Source: a virus | Direction: 5' to 3' (one strand) | IMG/VR virus record: IMGVR_UViG_3300008216_000011 | Span: 7,602 to 71,601 of that record | DNA length: 64,000 bases | Part shown: positions 63,368 to 64,000 of the stretch, piece by piece | Layout of the letters: every line of letters starts with the position of its first letter | Position numbering within the stretch: the first letter of the stretch is position 1 | Made by a program: the position numbers and the translations under genes | Notes under the pieces: generated by a model | What the model was told of the DNA's origin: nothing | The model's input: only the letters and a program-made list of their open reading frames with translations | The model's database searches: none

Positions 63368-63751
63368 GCAGAGACTAGAACATCGCCGAGAGCATTAATA
63401 AAAAGAATGTATAATACATATAACATGACAGGTACCCCCCCTCCCCCTATCCCGGGATCTTATCCCCAATGCATGTAGGGTGCATGTGGGTTGCGCCATG
63501 GACGTTAACGATATCGCGACAAAAATCTGAGATATTAAGTACCACCTCATAATGTAGGCCGGCTAATTCAGCTAATCATATCGAGGATGAAGTATATAAT
63601 AAAAGCATGCATGTACCTAGCGCTAACCAACACAGCAAAAGAGGTTAAAGATAATACTCAGCGCTAAAAAATCCGCCAATAAAAAATAGAGAGTATACTA
63701 ATTAAATTGTAGAGGATACAATAACTTATAAGCCGCATAACGGAGAGTCTA

Positions 63752-64000
63752 ATGCCAACTAGCTTCGGCCAAGCAATGATATTAACACTGGCAATCATAA
63801 TCCCGGGGGGTCTACTAGTATATTTTGCATGGAAGGGCCATAAAAGACTCCAGGCGCGCAAGGAACACGACAGCGATGGGGTAGAGAAACGCTTGAGACG
63901 CTTAGAACTTAGATATAAAGCCAGAGTAGAGTCTAATAAAAGAATCCGCGCAGCCAGGAGCATGCGTAAATCCCTTACCCCCAAAAAAGGCCTCCCCAAA
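63752..64000 (+). CDS. Partial membrane protein running off the window
   Basis: MPTSFGQAMILTLAIIIPGGLLVYFAWK...; GGAG SD; CTAATTA upstream at 63698; open to the end. Confidence 0.55.
   Translation, partial: MPTSFGQAMILTLAIIIPGGLLVYFAWKGHKRLQARKEHDSDGVEKRLRRLELRYKARVESNKRIRAARSMRKSLTPKKGLPK

Noticed and set aside
1-64000. Stop-codon reassignment
   Set aside because: Conserved genes are full-length in the standard code, TAA, TAG and TGA all end genes, and no suppressor tRNA was seen.

Overview
This 64-kb window looks like a segment of a large (probably jumbo) tailed-phage genome. Essentially all credible genes are on the + strand and read in the standard code. 0-21 kb is a replication and nucleotide-metabolism block: truncated family-A polymerase, tubulin/FtsZ-like protein, gp32-like SSB, RecA, DenV-like glycosylase, 5'-3' exonuclease, DnaB/gp41-like helicase, class II RNR, DnaE, PurA with an HNH insertion, Dam-like MTase and an IMPDH/GMPR. 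18-28 kb adds proteostasis genes (GroEL, Hsp20, two ClpP; a GroES-like gene lies at 10.6 kb). 21-49 kb holds large unknown proteins preceded by a recurring CTA(A/T/C)TTA motif and carrying a shared 'L.E.W++F' end-peptide (candidate late, virion-packaged proteins), plus three tRNAs. 41-63 kb is an accessory/early region with about 37 tiny KOW/SH3-like 'MKxGDLV' paralogues. Many are chained by a conserved ~35-bp junction repeat that encodes the stop of one gene plus the SD and start of the next. They are driven by a repeated palindrome + sigma70 promoter (+ GGGC-N6-GCCC leader hairpin) module, alongside a MoxR AAA/vWA pair. The junction-repeat gene-cassette array is the strongest candidate for an undescribed system. 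All calls come from reading motifs by eye; no database searches or folding programs were run.
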